Part shown: piece after piece, positions 21,171 through 30,908 of the stretch
How the letters are laid out: every line of letters begins with the position of its first letter
How positions within the stretch are numbered: position 1 is the first letter of the stretch
From: Candidatus Kapaibacterium sp.
Lineage (GTDB): Bacteria > Bacteroidota > Ignavibacteria > Kapaibacteriales > UBA2268
Assembly (NCBI GenBank): GCA_963664875.1
Contig: OY761611.1
Location: forward strand, 3,072,001-3,136,000
Direction of reading: 5' to 3'
Length of the DNA: 64,000 nt
Notes under the pieces: generated by a model
Seen by the model: only the letters and a program-made list of their open reading frames with translations
What the model was told of the DNA's origin: nothing
Databases searched by the model: none
Translations under genes and position numbers: made by a program

Positions 21171-21214
21171 TACTTGTTATGACAAATATAAAAACAATAT
21201 TTGACATGACAAGT
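21171..21214. promoter_or_regulatory. Candidate double MarR operator overlapping a TAnnTTTG promoter
   Basis: Two near-palindromes ttgttatgacaa and ttgacatgacaa (consensus TTGTCATGACAA); minus-strand TATATTTG box overlaps the first. Confidence 0.65.
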
Positions 21215-21233
21215 AAAAAACATCAAACTTACC

Positions 21234-21857
21234 TTACCCTATCTTTTTCAGCAATTTATTTAATCTTTTCGCCTGCGATTCCCTTTCGCATTCCGGCAAT
21301 CGCTTACTGATAATATCGGCGTAAATAGATTTATTTTCCTCTCTGATGCAGACAAGGCACTTTTCCATATACTGGGGTAGCTGCTTTATGGGGCATTTCC
21401 AAAGCTGCTCAGTCAGCAGCGGTTCGACCGCGTTTGTGTATTCGGTGTGGACATTCAGATTAGCAAGTATCCCAATTCCTGCGTCTATAGTGATTACAGA
21501 GCCTTTTTCGATAGTGGTGCTAATCAGCTCCAAACTTGCGAAAATCTCTTTGTGAGCAAGGTGAGAAATAGTCATCAGGGCAATCATTCCGCCCCAGACA
21601 AGCCTGTTATTTTTGCTCGAAAGCAGAGACAAAAACTCAGCAGGAAATCCCGCAATCAGCTCCGGTTTGATATAACCCGTTTCATAAAGAGCCTTGATGC
21701 ACTCAGACTGCACCTTCTTATCTTTATTTTTTAGGTTATCAATCAGCTCCCTGACATAATCATGGTTCTCTGTTTCAGCAATCTCTTTGGCAAGCTCAAT
21801 CTCATTTTGGTTGCCGGTTGCACCAATAGCTGAGGATAAGCGGTTTAGAATGGACAT
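21234..21857 (-). CDS. Hypothetical alpha-helical (HEAT/ARM-like) protein
   Basis: 207-aa ORF with SKNNRLVWGGMIAL; function unknown. Confidence 0.65.
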   Translation of the reverse strand: MSILNRLSSAIGATGNQNEIELAKEIAETENHDYVRELIDNLKNKDKKVQSECIKALYETGYIKPELIAGFPAEFLSLLSSKNNRLVWGGMIALMTISHLAHKEIFASLELISTTIEKGSVITIDAGIGILANLNVHTEYTNAVEPLLTEQLWKCPIKQLPQYMEKCLVCIREENKSIYADIISKRLPECERESQAKRLNKLLKKIG

Positions 21858-21993
21858 TTTTGTTTATCCTTTTTATTATATTCTTTCTTATTCAATAATA
21901 CTAAAAAATAAATCGTTTATTGTATTATTCTTGCAAACTACATATCTTTGATTAAGTTATCTATGCAAAATATTCCCAATAGAGCAAGTGAAT

Positions 21994-22671
21994 ATGAAAT
22001 TGTTAGTTATAGAGGATGAGAAGGAACTTTTATTAGCTATTGAAAAGTTTATGCTGACTGATGGTTATAAATGTGATACAGCCTCTGATTTTCAGACTGC
22101 CTCGCAGAAAATTTGGGATTTTAAATATGATATGATTGTGCTGGATATTATGCTTCCCGATGGTAATGGATTGAAACTATTGGATGAAATAAAAGAGAAT
22201 CAGGGCGATGCCGGAATTGTTATCATATCAGCTAAAGACTCGCTGGAAGATAAAATGAATGGGCTGGATCTGGGCGCTGATGATTATCTTACAAAACCTT
22301 TTCATATTGCTGAACTAAATTCACGTCTAAAAGCTCTTAACAGAAGAAGAGTTTCCAAAGGCCAGGCAACTATAGAATTTGGCGAGATTAAAATATTACC
22401 GGAAGAAAGAAAAGTATATGTTAAAACTAATCTGCTGGATCTGACAGGGAAGGAGTTTGATCTGCTACTTTTCTTTTATGCAAATAAGGATAGGGTGCTT
22501 ACAAAAGAATCTATCGTTGAGCACCTTTGGGGAGATTTTATTGATGCTTATGATAATTTAGATTTTATTTACACTCACTTGCGCAATCTAAGAAAAAAAA
22601 TCTCTGAGGCTGGAGCAGAAAATTACATTAAGACAGTATACGGTGTTGGCTACCAATTTAAGATTGACTAA
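21994..22671 (+). CDS. OmpR-family response regulator
   Basis: IEDE, LDIMLPDGNG, GADDYLTKPF, IKTVYGVGY. Confidence 0.93.
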   Translation: MKLLVIEDEKELLLAIEKFMLTDGYKCDTASDFQTASQKIWDFKYDMIVLDIMLPDGNGLKLLDEIKENQGDAGIVIISAKDSLEDKMNGLDLGADDYLTKPFHIAELNSRLKALNRRRVSKGQATIEFGEIKILPEERKVYVKTNLLDLTGKEFDLLLFFYANKDRVLTKESIVEHLWGDFIDAYDNLDFIYTHLRNLRKKISEAGAENYIKTVYGVGYQFKID

Positions 22672-23915
22672 TGAAACTTATATCAAAGATATCGCTATAT
22701 AATCTTATACTTATGATGCTTATTTATCTTGTACTAGGCGTTGTGGTTTTTAGTGGTGTTAAGTATATATATACAAAAGAATCTAAAGATGATTTATATG
22801 ATTTTAAAGATCTGATAGAAGATCAAATTCAAAACGGGATTTTCCCATCTAATCCGCCATATCTTGTAGTGGAAAAGCTTGAAGGTAAGCATAAAAAGAA
22901 AAAGGATTTTAAAGTAATCAAGATGAAGGATTATGATGATGATTCTGTAGATGACTTTTATGAATTGATCGCAGTTAAAAAGATAAAAGGTGCTTACTAT
23001 AGAATCAGTATAAGAAGTAAAATTATTGAATCAGAAGAGTTTCTGGAAACGATATTCAAATCACTAATAGCTTTGTTTTTTGTGCAGATTGTAATTACAG
23101 TAATTGTTAATTATAGAATTTCTAAAAAACTGTTTAAGCCATTTTATCAAATTTTGGAAGAACTTAAAAAGTTTTCTGTGAGCTCTCCGGATAAAACAAA
23201 CTTCCAACTTTCGGGAATACATGAATTTGAAGTATTGAAAGAATCTTTGAATCAGATGATTGATAAGATTATAAATGACTATAGCAATCTAAAAGAATTT
23301 ACTGAAAATGCCGCTCATGAGCTTCAAACTCCATTGAGTATAATGCAAAATAAAATTGAAAATATTATTCAAACTCCAAATTTGGATAAAGATGTTTTAG
23401 AAGAAATTATTTCAATTCAAAAAAGTATATCTAGACTCAGAAAGCTTAATAAATCTTTATTGCTGCTTGCCAAAGTTGAAAGCAGCACCTATTATAATAC
23501 TGAAGAAATCAATTTAAATGAAATTGTTCAAAACAATATAGATAGGCTTAATGATATTATTGATTTGAAAGAGATTAAACTGGAAATTGAAGAATCTCAG
23601 ACATGTATTACTACAATGAATAGAGATTTGGCGGATATTCTGATTGCTAATTTGATTGAAAATGCCATTAAGCATAGCCACTCAGGAGCCTTGCTTCAAC
23701 TAACTATACATTCTGATAAACTGATTATTTCAAATTCCGGAGATGCAATTATACCTAATTCAGCAGAAATATTTGAAAGATTCGCAAAAGGGAATCAGAG
23801 CGATTCTTCGCATGGGCTTGGTCTTGCAATAGTTGCCAAAATTTGTAATTTATTTGGTATTAAAATCAGATATAGCTACAAAAATTCCATGCATAATTTT
23901 ACCTTGGAAGTATAA
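22671..23915 (+). CDS. Sensor histidine kinase (HisKA/HATPase)
   Basis: Two TM segments, ENAAHELQTPL, NLIENAIKH, GLGLAIV. Confidence 0.92.
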   Translation: MKLISKISLYNLILMMLIYLVLGVVVFSGVKYIYTKESKDDLYDFKDLIEDQIQNGIFPSNPPYLVVEKLEGKHKKKKDFKVIKMKDYDDDSVDDFYELIAVKKIKGAYYRISIRSKIIESEEFLETIFKSLIALFFVQIVITVIVNYRISKKLFKPFYQILEELKKFSVSSPDKTNFQLSGIHEFEVLKESLNQMIDKIINDYSNLKEFTENAAHELQTPLSIMQNKIENIIQTPNLDKDVLEEIISIQKSISRLRKLNKSLLLLAKVESSTYYNTEEINLNEIVQNNIDRLNDIIDLKEIKLEIEESQTCITTMNRDLADILIANLIENAIKHSHSGALLQLTIHSDKLIISNSGDAIIPNSAEIFERFAKGNQSDSSHGLGLAIVAKICNLFGIKIRYSYKNSMHNFTLEV

Positions 23916-23934
23916 ATTTAAATTCTGCGTCTAA

Positions 23935-23969
23935 CTTCAGATTTGCTTTAGATTTGTATACTAAATTTG
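23935..23969 (+). promoter_or_regulatory. 11-bp direct repeat (candidate OmpR-type box) followed by a TAnnTTTG -7 element
   Basis: CTTCAGATTTG-CTTTAGATTTG then TAAATTTG, directly upstream of the PepSY-like gene. Confidence 0.55.
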
Positions 23970-24008
23970 TATCAAAGTTATTATCAAACAGATACAATAG
24001 GTGATATC

Positions 24009-24488
24009 ATGAAAAAAATCATAACAGTACTTTCCGCATTTCTACTAATTTTTGCTTTCATCAGTGTAAGCAGCTCTCAGGCAAAAAGCAAAAAAGTAAA
24101 AGCTCCGGCAGTAGTCCTCAATGCATTATCAGAGAATTTCAGCAATATTGAAGACTTAAAATGGGAACTTGAGAAAAACGGCAATTACGAAGCAGAATTT
24201 GAAATCGACGGAGTTGATTATAGTGCAGAATTTGACAAAAGCGGGAAAATGATCGAATCAGAGCATGAAATATCTACCAGCGACTTACCGGAAGCGGTAA
24301 CTAAAACAATCACATCTAAATATCCTGACTTCGAATTAGATGAAGCAGAATTAATGGAATCAGGCGAATATGGAAAAGCCTATGAAGTCAAAATTGAAAA
24401 AGAAGATGGCGACTTAGAAATCGAAATAGAAATTATAATAGACGCAAACGGCAAAATTTTGAAAGAAGAAAAAGAGATAGACGACTAA
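24009..24488 (+). CDS. Periplasmic PepSY-like domain protein
   Basis: Signal peptide; WELE..YEAEF..FDKSGKM, LPEAV..I..KYP repeats. Confidence 0.8.
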   Translation: MKKIITVLSAFLLIFAFISVSSSQAKSKKVKAPAVVLNALSENFSNIEDLKWELEKNGNYEAEFEIDGVDYSAEFDKSGKMIESEHEISTSDLPEAVTKTITSKYPDFELDEAELMESGEYGKAYEVKIEKEDGDLEIEIEIIIDANGKILKEEKEIDD

Positions 24489-24561
24489 GATCAACATAAA
24501 TCATAACATCTCAAACAAGCTCCTTCTAATAAAAAGTTGGGGCTTGTTTGCTTTAGTCGTT

Positions 24562-24702
24562 CTAAGGCCTATACTTCCACTTTTTTGTTTCGGATGAATA
24601 TTCGAAATAATCATCAAAACCAATACTAAAAAAAATGCTATAGCATGAATCATTCAGCTTTTCATAGTATGGTCCAATACCCATTTTTTCTTCTTCGACA
24701 AT
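24562..24702 (-). pseudogene. 3' remnant of an unknown gene directly after the HEPN gene stop
   Basis: Open frame IVEEEKMGIGPYYEKLNDSCYSIFFSIGFDDYFEYSSETKKWKYRP* in frame with the upstream TAG. Confidence 0.45.
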
Positions 24703-25989
24703 CTACTCAGAGTAGATATTTGATAAATAATATTTAATATATTTTAAGTATTCCTTTACTTCAATTTCAAATCTTTTTTTGTTCTCATTATAATACTGTT
24801 TAAACTCCTCAAAAATTGGGAATGGATTATTTCCAAAATAATAAAAGTTAGTTACTATAGACCAAGTTGGTTTTACGTCAATTTTTTTTATGTTTTGATA
24901 ACATAAAACTGACTTTAAGAAATTTTCTTTGATATTTTTTATATTTTCTACAGAGCTTAATCCGACGAAATTAAAAATATGCGGTAATGTTATATCAGTT
25001 AATTTATATATACTTGTATTAAAATCGTTTATATGTTTCAACCTTAATTTAGAATCTATATTTTCACAGAATTCCTTTTTTGATTTGTTAATATCATAGA
25101 AATTAGAATAATTAAGTAGCGTAATTGTTGTTAAAATAATGGCTTTCTGTGCAAAATTTTTATCACATATTGCTCCTTCGTGTATAACCTCATGTCGCTT
25201 GTCAATTATACTATCTTTACTGTCTTTAATTACTAATTTTTTTAATCTAGGATCTATGATTGTTTCTAACCGTTTCCTAAAATTTGAATAGCTAGTTTCA
25301 TCTTTTAATAATATCTCTAATGTAGTTACTGAACCCAATAGTTGACTGATAGAATTCGGTATATTTATATTTAAATAGAAATTTGTAATTGCACTTTTGA
25401 TATGTTTTGATTTTTTTGATTTAGATTTTACAATTTCATATAGACTCGTAAATCTTTCTGAGTTGAATATTTTAAGAAGGTTTGTTCTAGAGAAAACAAA
25501 AGGTTGTTTGGGGGAAAGCATTTTGAACTCTCCATTTGTAAAAGATTCATGACGTGATCGATGTCCATAGTTTGAAAAAATCTTAAGCCTTGAATAATAT
25601 TTAGGGTTGTACTGTTTCTCTAAAACTATACTATATTTGTGATTAGTTAGATATTGGAAAACTAAATTTATAAATCCAGCTACCTCGTATGCTCTTTGCA
25701 CAGCTTTATTTTGCATCTCGTTATCTAAGAGATGTACATCTTTAGAAATTTTACCAAAAGATTGAACTAGTAAGTAAGTGGTATCGCTGTCAAAGTCTGG
25801 GTAATTGTCTTTGAAGTTAGAGAAAGAATCAGTCATTTTTTTAAATTGACTTTTATTCACTAAGGTTGCATCATCAAAAATAAAATCTGACCAATCAAAT
25901 TGGTCTTCTATTCGGATACCTATAAGGTTGAATAGAAACCATGTTCTATTGCCTTTTTGTAAAGTACTAATCGTTCTTGACATGCACAT
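24703..25989 (-). CDS. ApeA-like HEPN domain protein (putative RNase, candidate defence gene)
   Basis: TTLEILL acidic motif followed by R-x4-H (RHEVIH); very AT-rich; stand-alone. Confidence 0.55.
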   Translation of the reverse strand: MCMSRTISTLQKGNRTWFLFNLIGIRIEDQFDWSDFIFDDATLVNKSQFKKMTDSFSNFKDNYPDFDSDTTYLLVQSFGKISKDVHLLDNEMQNKAVQRAYEVAGFINLVFQYLTNHKYSIVLEKQYNPKYYSRLKIFSNYGHRSRHESFTNGEFKMLSPKQPFVFSRTNLLKIFNSERFTSLYEIVKSKSKKSKHIKSAITNFYLNINIPNSISQLLGSVTTLEILLKDETSYSNFRKRLETIIDPRLKKLVIKDSKDSIIDKRHEVIHEGAICDKNFAQKAIILTTITLLNYSNFYDINKSKKEFCENIDSKLRLKHINDFNTSIYKLTDITLPHIFNFVGLSSVENIKNIKENFLKSVLCYQNIKKIDVKPTWSIVTNFYYFGNNPFPIFEEFKQYYNENKKRFEIEVKEYLKYIKYYLSNIYSE

Positions 25990-26239
25990 AGTATTAATTC
26001 CTTGCTGTTTGTTAATTTAAGTTGAACTATTATAATAAATTATTGTAAATAATCTAGTTTATATTTACGGAATTAAAAAAGTCGCCACATCAAACTAAAG
26101 AAGTGGCAAGTTCTGTATAAATTGAATAGTAATTCGTCAAATGCATAAAAAATTTCTTCCTATCCATCAATAACTACTTGGATTTGATTTTCTAAGTTAA
26201 AACACAGAATGAGAAGTGGAGGTAAAGCGTTCTTTTTTC

Positions 26240-26482
26240 TTTTTCTTTGGTTTCCGTTTCTTTTGCTTTTTACCGCAAAAAAAAGAAAAAGAAATGGAAA
26301 AAGTAACACCAATTTATTCTATAAATCACTAGTAAAGGGAAGTCTTCTCGCCCTTACAGAGCTCCGATGTTTAATCGATATAGAAAACCCGGGGCGCGCT
26401 GCCCCGGGCTAAAATCTTTGAGGCTTTCAGCCTCCTTTTTGCAAGCATTATATACCTGAACAAGGGGCTTCAGCCCCTTGCC
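26240..26482. repeat. Cluster of REP-like hairpins downstream of purD
   Basis: tttccgtttctttt/aaaagaaatggaaa, cccggggc/gccccggg, gaggct/agcctc, caaggggct/agccccttg. Confidence 0.7.
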
Positions 26483-26493
26483 CATATAAATAC

Positions 26494-27759
26494 TTACAAT
26501 CCCTTCTTACCAATATCATTTCTGTAGAAATGATTGTTGAAGTTGATTTTTTTAACGCCGATGTAGGCTTTGTCAATTGCTTCTTGCAGGTTGTTGCCAA
26601 GACCTGTAACACCAAGAACTCTGCCGCCGTTGGAAACAACTTTGCCGTCAGCATTTTTTGTGCCTGCTTGGTAGACAATTAAGTCTTCATTTTCTGCATC
26701 AGCCATACCTTTGATTTCAAAGCCACTTTCGCATTTGCCCGGATAGCCGTCCGAAGCCATCACAACGCAGCAGGCAGATTTGGCAGCCACACTGCGGATA
26801 GTGGATTTATCCAATTTTCCTTTAGCAGCACTATCCAAAAGAGCTGCAAAATCAGCATCCAAAATAGCAAGCACAGCCTGAGTTTCAGGGTCGCCAAAGC
26901 GCACATTAAACTCTACAACGCGCGGGTTGCCGTCCTTAATCATCAACCCGGCATAAAGGCAGCCGATATATGGCGAACCTTCAGCTTTCATACCCTCCAA
27001 AACAGGCGCAATAATATCTTTATGAGCTATTGTAATCACCTCATCAGTAGCAACCTTCGCAGGAGCGTAAGCACCCATGCCACCTGTATTCAAGCCCAAA
27101 TCGCCGTCAAAAGCACGTTTATGATCCTGAGACGGAGCAAGCGTAACAAAGTCATCGCCATCGCAAATAGCAAAAACAGAAGCCTCTTCGCCCTCCATAA
27201 ACTCTTCAATAACGATGCGATCCGAAGCAGCACCAAACATCCCGCCGAACATCTCATCAAGCTGAGAGATAGCTTCATCAGCAGTTTCAGGGATAAGTAC
27301 ACCTTTACCGCCTGCAAGCCCGTCCGCTTTCAGCACAACCGGGAAATTAGCTTTGATAAAGTCAATAGCTTGCGCCTTCTGAGAAGCATCAAAAGTCTCA
27401 TAAGCCGCAGTCGGGATTTGATATTTCGCCATAAAATCTTTGGCAAATCCCTTAGAAGCTTCCAACATAGCAGATTTCTGCTTAGGTCCAAAAACAAACA
27501 GACCTTTCTCAGTTAAAGCATCAGCCATGCCGTCCGCAAGCGGCTGCTCAGGGCCAACAACAACAAGCGAAATGCCATTAGCATTGCAAAACTCAGCCAC
27601 GGCATCAAAATTTTTAATATCAATATCAGCTTTTTTAGCAATAGTCAAAATGCCCGGATTGCCCGGAGCCACAAAAATCTCACCGGCAGATTTGGATTTA
27701 GCCAAAGCAAGCGTGATAGCATGCTCCCTGCCCCCACCACCAATAACAAGAATATTCAT
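26494..27759 (-). CDS. purD: Phosphoribosylamine-glycine ligase
   Basis: GGGGREHA, VGPEQPL, KADGLAGGKGV, QDHKR, NTGGMGAY, EFNVRFGDPE. Confidence 0.97.
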   Translation of the reverse strand: MNILVIGGGGREHAITLALAKSKSAGEIFVAPGNPGILTIAKKADIDIKNFDAVAEFCNANGISLVVVGPEQPLADGMADALTEKGLFVFGPKQKSAMLEASKGFAKDFMAKYQIPTAAYETFDASQKAQAIDFIKANFPVVLKADGLAGGKGVLIPETADEAISQLDEMFGGMFGAASDRIVIEEFMEGEEASVFAICDGDDFVTLAPSQDHKRAFDGDLGLNTGGMGAYAPAKVATDEVITIAHKDIIAPVLEGMKAEGSPYIGCLYAGLMIKDGNPRVVEFNVRFGDPETQAVLAILDADFAALLDSAAKGKLDKSTIRSVAAKSACCVVMASDGYPGKCESGFEIKGMADAENEDLIVYQAGTKNADGKVVSNGGRVLGVTGLGNNLQEAIDKAYIGVKKINFNNHFYRNDIGKKGL

Positions 27760-27763
27760 AAGG

Positions 27764-28534
27764 TTAGAGTCCATTTAAAAAGTTAATACTGGCACCGCCA
27801 TCAATAGTAAATTCCTGACCTGTTATCCATTTTGCCTTGTCAGAAATCAAAAAGGCTGCAAGGTAAGCAACATCTTCAACTTTGCCAAATCCTAATGGAT
27901 AAGCGGATTCAATTTTCTTTAGATACTCCTGTCTTGCAGAATTATCTGTAACAGTCATTTCCGTAAGAATATGCCCTGGAAGGATAGAGTTAATTCTAAG
28001 TCCGGTTTTAGCAAACTCCAAAGCGACAGAACGCATTGCTGCATTAAGAGCTGATTTTGACGCGCTGTAATTTGCAACTGCAGGAATGCCTATATTGGCA
28101 GTGATAGAACTAATAAGGACAACAGATGCACCATTGCCCGTATTATGTTTACGTTTTTGAAATGATTTAAGTAAAGCGATGTTAGCAAAGTAATTAATAT
28201 CAAAAAGCTTCTTCGCTTTATCGTAATTACTGATAGATATTGGTTCAGTCAGCTCAATCCCGGCATTCAAAACCATTGCGTCTAAAGCACCGTAGGCTTC
28301 AGTTAAAGATTTGATATAGTAAGGCATATTTTCAATATCCTGACTCAAATCTCTCGATTCAGGATGAAAACGGTCATGATTTGCCGATTGCTTTTTTACT
28401 TCTTCGAGCTCTTTCATTCTACGAGAAACACCAATAACATTAGCTCCAAGAGAATTTAAAAGTAGGGATATTCCTTTCCCAATACCTGTGCTTGCACCGG
28501 TTACCAAAATATTCTTATTTGATAGGTCTATCAT
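27764..28534 (-). CDS. SDR oxidoreductase (FabG-like ketoreductase)
   Basis: TGASTGIG, NAG, YSASK, WITGQ..IDGG. Confidence 0.88.
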   Translation of the reverse strand: MIDLSNKNILVTGASTGIGKGISLLLNSLGANVIGVSRRMKELEEVKKQSANHDRFHPESRDLSQDIENMPYYIKSLTEAYGALDAMVLNAGIELTEPISISNYDKAKKLFDINYFANIALLKSFQKRKHNTGNGASVVLISSITANIGIPAVANYSASKSALNAAMRSVALEFAKTGLRINSILPGHILTEMTVTDNSARQEYLKKIESAYPLGFGKVEDVAYLAAFLISDKAKWITGQEFTIDGGASINFLNGL

Positions 28535-28773
28535 TATAACTTATTAGCTAAAAATTCTACCATATTAACTATTACACCTAATTTGTGCTCTTCGAGATCT
28601 TCCATTGATACTTCAAAACCAAATTCCTCTTCGATCTGAGTCAAATAGTTGATAAGTTCTAAAGAGTCTAATACGCCATCAGAAATAAGAGGTGCATTCT
28701 CATCAAAATTTGTCTCGTCTTTGATGTCTTCTAGAATCTCGTAAAGTTTTGCTTTAATTTCTTGCTTATTCAT
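28534..28773 (-). CDS. Acyl carrier protein
   Basis: 79 aa, acidic, GVLDSLEL phosphopantetheine site. Confidence 0.88.
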   Translation of the reverse strand: MNKQEIKAKLYEILEDIKDETNFDENAPLISDGVLDSLELINYLTQIEEEFGFEVSMEDLEEHKLGVIVNMVEFLANKL

Positions 28774-28788
28774 AATATCATTCCTTAT

Positions 28789-29754
28789 TTAAATATGTCT
28801 ATATAAAACATTTGACCAAGATAAACCAACTCCGAATCCGGCAAAAACTACTAAGTCACCTTTTTGGAGTTCTCCTTCGTCTAAAACTTTTTTGAAAGCA
28901 ATTGGTATAGTTGAAGAGACAGTATTACCTGTCATTTGCATAGAAATAACCATCTGACTGTCTTCAATTTTAAGCCTTTTTTGCAGCTCAGAAAGCATAT
29001 ATTTATTTGCTTGATGAAATACAAATTTCTTGATATCACTGCTGCTTATGTTATTCTTTTCGTATAACTTTTTGAGGTATTTAGGGACTGTCATCATAGA
29101 AAACTTGAAGATTTCTCTACCATCCATATATAGATAGTTGTCTTTTTCTTCGTTGACTGCTACGCCACTATTCCAAGCAACTAATTTTTCAGCACCACTA
29201 CCATCTGTACCGTAATTAAAATCAAGAACACCATAACCATCTTCGCAAGGTGTAATTAGTGCTGCCGCTGCGGCATCACCAAATATAGAAGCAGTATTTC
29301 TATCTTTGAAATTGGTAATTTTTGAGTATTGCTCAGACATGATAATCAAAGCATTTTTGATTGCTCCTGTTTTAATCATATTTCCGGCAATAGGAAGAGA
29401 ATGTGTAAAACCCGAACAGCCTAAGTTAATGTCAAAAGCCATAATATCTTTATGCAAACCAAGTTTGTCCTGCACTATACATGCAGTTGTTGGCAGTTTA
29501 TAATCAGGATTTTGAGTACAAACAATAAGCATATCTATTTCATCATTAGCAATATTATGCTTATCAAGTAACTTCCGAGCAGCCTTAGTTGCCATATCAG
29601 AAGTGGTTTCTTCAGGTTTTGCTATACGTCTTTCTTTTATACCAACTTTGTTTTCAGTAAATTCTTTATCAATTTCACATTCTTTTTGCAAATAGTCATT
29701 GTCTATAACAACTTCAGGAACATAGTACTCAATATCATGTATCTTATAATTCAT
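28789..29754 (-). CDS. 3-oxoacyl-ACP synthase III family protein
   Basis: LGCSGF (Cys), FHQAN (His), GNTVSS (Asn), GFGVGLSW. Confidence 0.9.
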   Translation of the reverse strand: MNYKIHDIEYYVPEVVIDNDYLQKECEIDKEFTENKVGIKERRIAKPEETTSDMATKAARKLLDKHNIANDEIDMLIVCTQNPDYKLPTTACIVQDKLGLHKDIMAFDINLGCSGFTHSLPIAGNMIKTGAIKNALIIMSEQYSKITNFKDRNTASIFGDAAAAALITPCEDGYGVLDFNYGTDGSGAEKLVAWNSGVAVNEEKDNYLYMDGREIFKFSMMTVPKYLKKLYEKNNISSSDIKKFVFHQANKYMLSELQKRLKIEDSQMVISMQMTGNTVSSTIPIAFKKVLDEGELQKGDLVVFAGFGVGLSWSNVLYRHI

Positions 29755-29782
29755 ATCATCCTCGTTTAATGGAGTAAGCTTT

Positions 29783-30907
29783 TTATTTATCAATCGTATT
29801 TTTTGAGAAAAAATTGTATGCTTCTGTTAAACTCATATATAATACTTCATTTTTTGCTTTTTGGTTCAACTGCTCGAGTATAATCTCTAAGTTTTTTGTG
29901 TTATGTATATCCTTAGTATGGCCTATTGCAACCACAGGCAATACATCATCACCTTTTCTCTTAGTGAGTTTCAAAATCTCCTTAACAAAAACTGTTGCAG
30001 GCAAGTCATCATAACTGAGTTGGATATACTCTGATTTAATCAAAGCCTTCTTTATCAAGTTTAGCTTAGTAAAAAGTCCTTTCCTAAGTTTTCGGTTTTT
30101 CCGAGGATATCTTTTATCTTTAACTTTTTCTTTTTCGATTTGCCAATTAATCTCTTCCTCTATTCCGTTCGCTCTGTAAAATAAACTATAGTATAAGTTT
30201 GGTAAAAACTTTTTGACGATTAGGGAGTGAGTTTTTTTAAAAGAGTAGATAGGGAACTCAAGCATTTTTGCATGATCTTTAGGTACTTTCCTATTGTAGT
30301 TGTCGCTAAAATACCATGGTTTTACGTTTGAATGAGCATCTCTAAAATCGTACAAATCTTTATGATACCATCCTTTCGTAACTGAAGTATCATATAATAG
30401 ACCATTGCTGTATAGACAATCTATAAGTGGTTGCGCAGGTTGAGTGCAATACGAACCGGATCTAAAGCCAATTGTTTTATAATCTTGTTTAGCCTTTTTT
30501 GCTACAACTTCTAAATAGTTTTTTGCTTGTTGAACATAACCATCACATTCTTTTCTGTTCAATTTAGCAATAGACCATTTCTCCATATTTAGATTCCATC
30601 TGCCATCTTCATAGTCAGCATCTATCCATTGAGGATGAAGATGTAACTGCACATCGTGTCCTTCTTTTAAAGCAAGTTCAACATTTTCTTCCCATGCATT
30701 CGCTACGTTCTGAAAATCAGGCTCATTCTCAATATTTTTTAAATATGTTAGTTGTTGTGCTACTTCTGCAAAAAAAGTCATTTTTGCATTATATTTATTA
30801 AAAAGCTTAACAATTTTTTGCAAGGGCTCAGCCTGAATCTCAAAGAAATCACCTGAACCATCGCCATATAGTTCCCAGTCATTTGTGAAAATGAGTGCAA
30901 TTTTCAT
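29783..30907 (-). CDS. Polysaccharide deacetylase-like protein (NodB/CE4-like fold)
   Basis: TNDWELYGDGSG, GHDVQLHLHPQW, FRSGSY. Confidence 0.7.
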   Translation of the reverse strand: MKIALIFTNDWELYGDGSGDFFEIQAEPLQKIVKLFNKYNAKMTFFAEVAQQLTYLKNIENEPDFQNVANAWEENVELALKEGHDVQLHLHPQWIDADYEDGRWNLNMEKWSIAKLNRKECDGYVQQAKNYLEVVAKKAKQDYKTIGFRSGSYCTQPAQPLIDCLYSNGLLYDTSVTKGWYHKDLYDFRDAHSNVKPWYFSDNYNRKVPKDHAKMLEFPIYSFKKTHSLIVKKFLPNLYYSLFYRANGIEEEINWQIEKEKVKDKRYPRKNRKLRKGLFTKLNLIKKALIKSEYIQLSYDDLPATVFVKEILKLTKRKGDDVLPVVAIGHTKDIHNTKNLEIILEQLNQKAKNEVLYMSLTEAYNFFSKNTIDK

Positions 30908-30908
30908 A

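Noticed and set aside
26209-26412. 67-aa ORF MRSGGKAFFF...
   Set aside because: It is a translation of the hairpin/REP cluster (poly-F then poly-K from complementary arms), not a plausible protein.
27022-27778. Long antisense ORFs over purD (and similar ones over other genes)
   Set aside because: Shadow frames; the scarcity of T on the plus strand here removes stop codons, and the products have no recognisable motifs.
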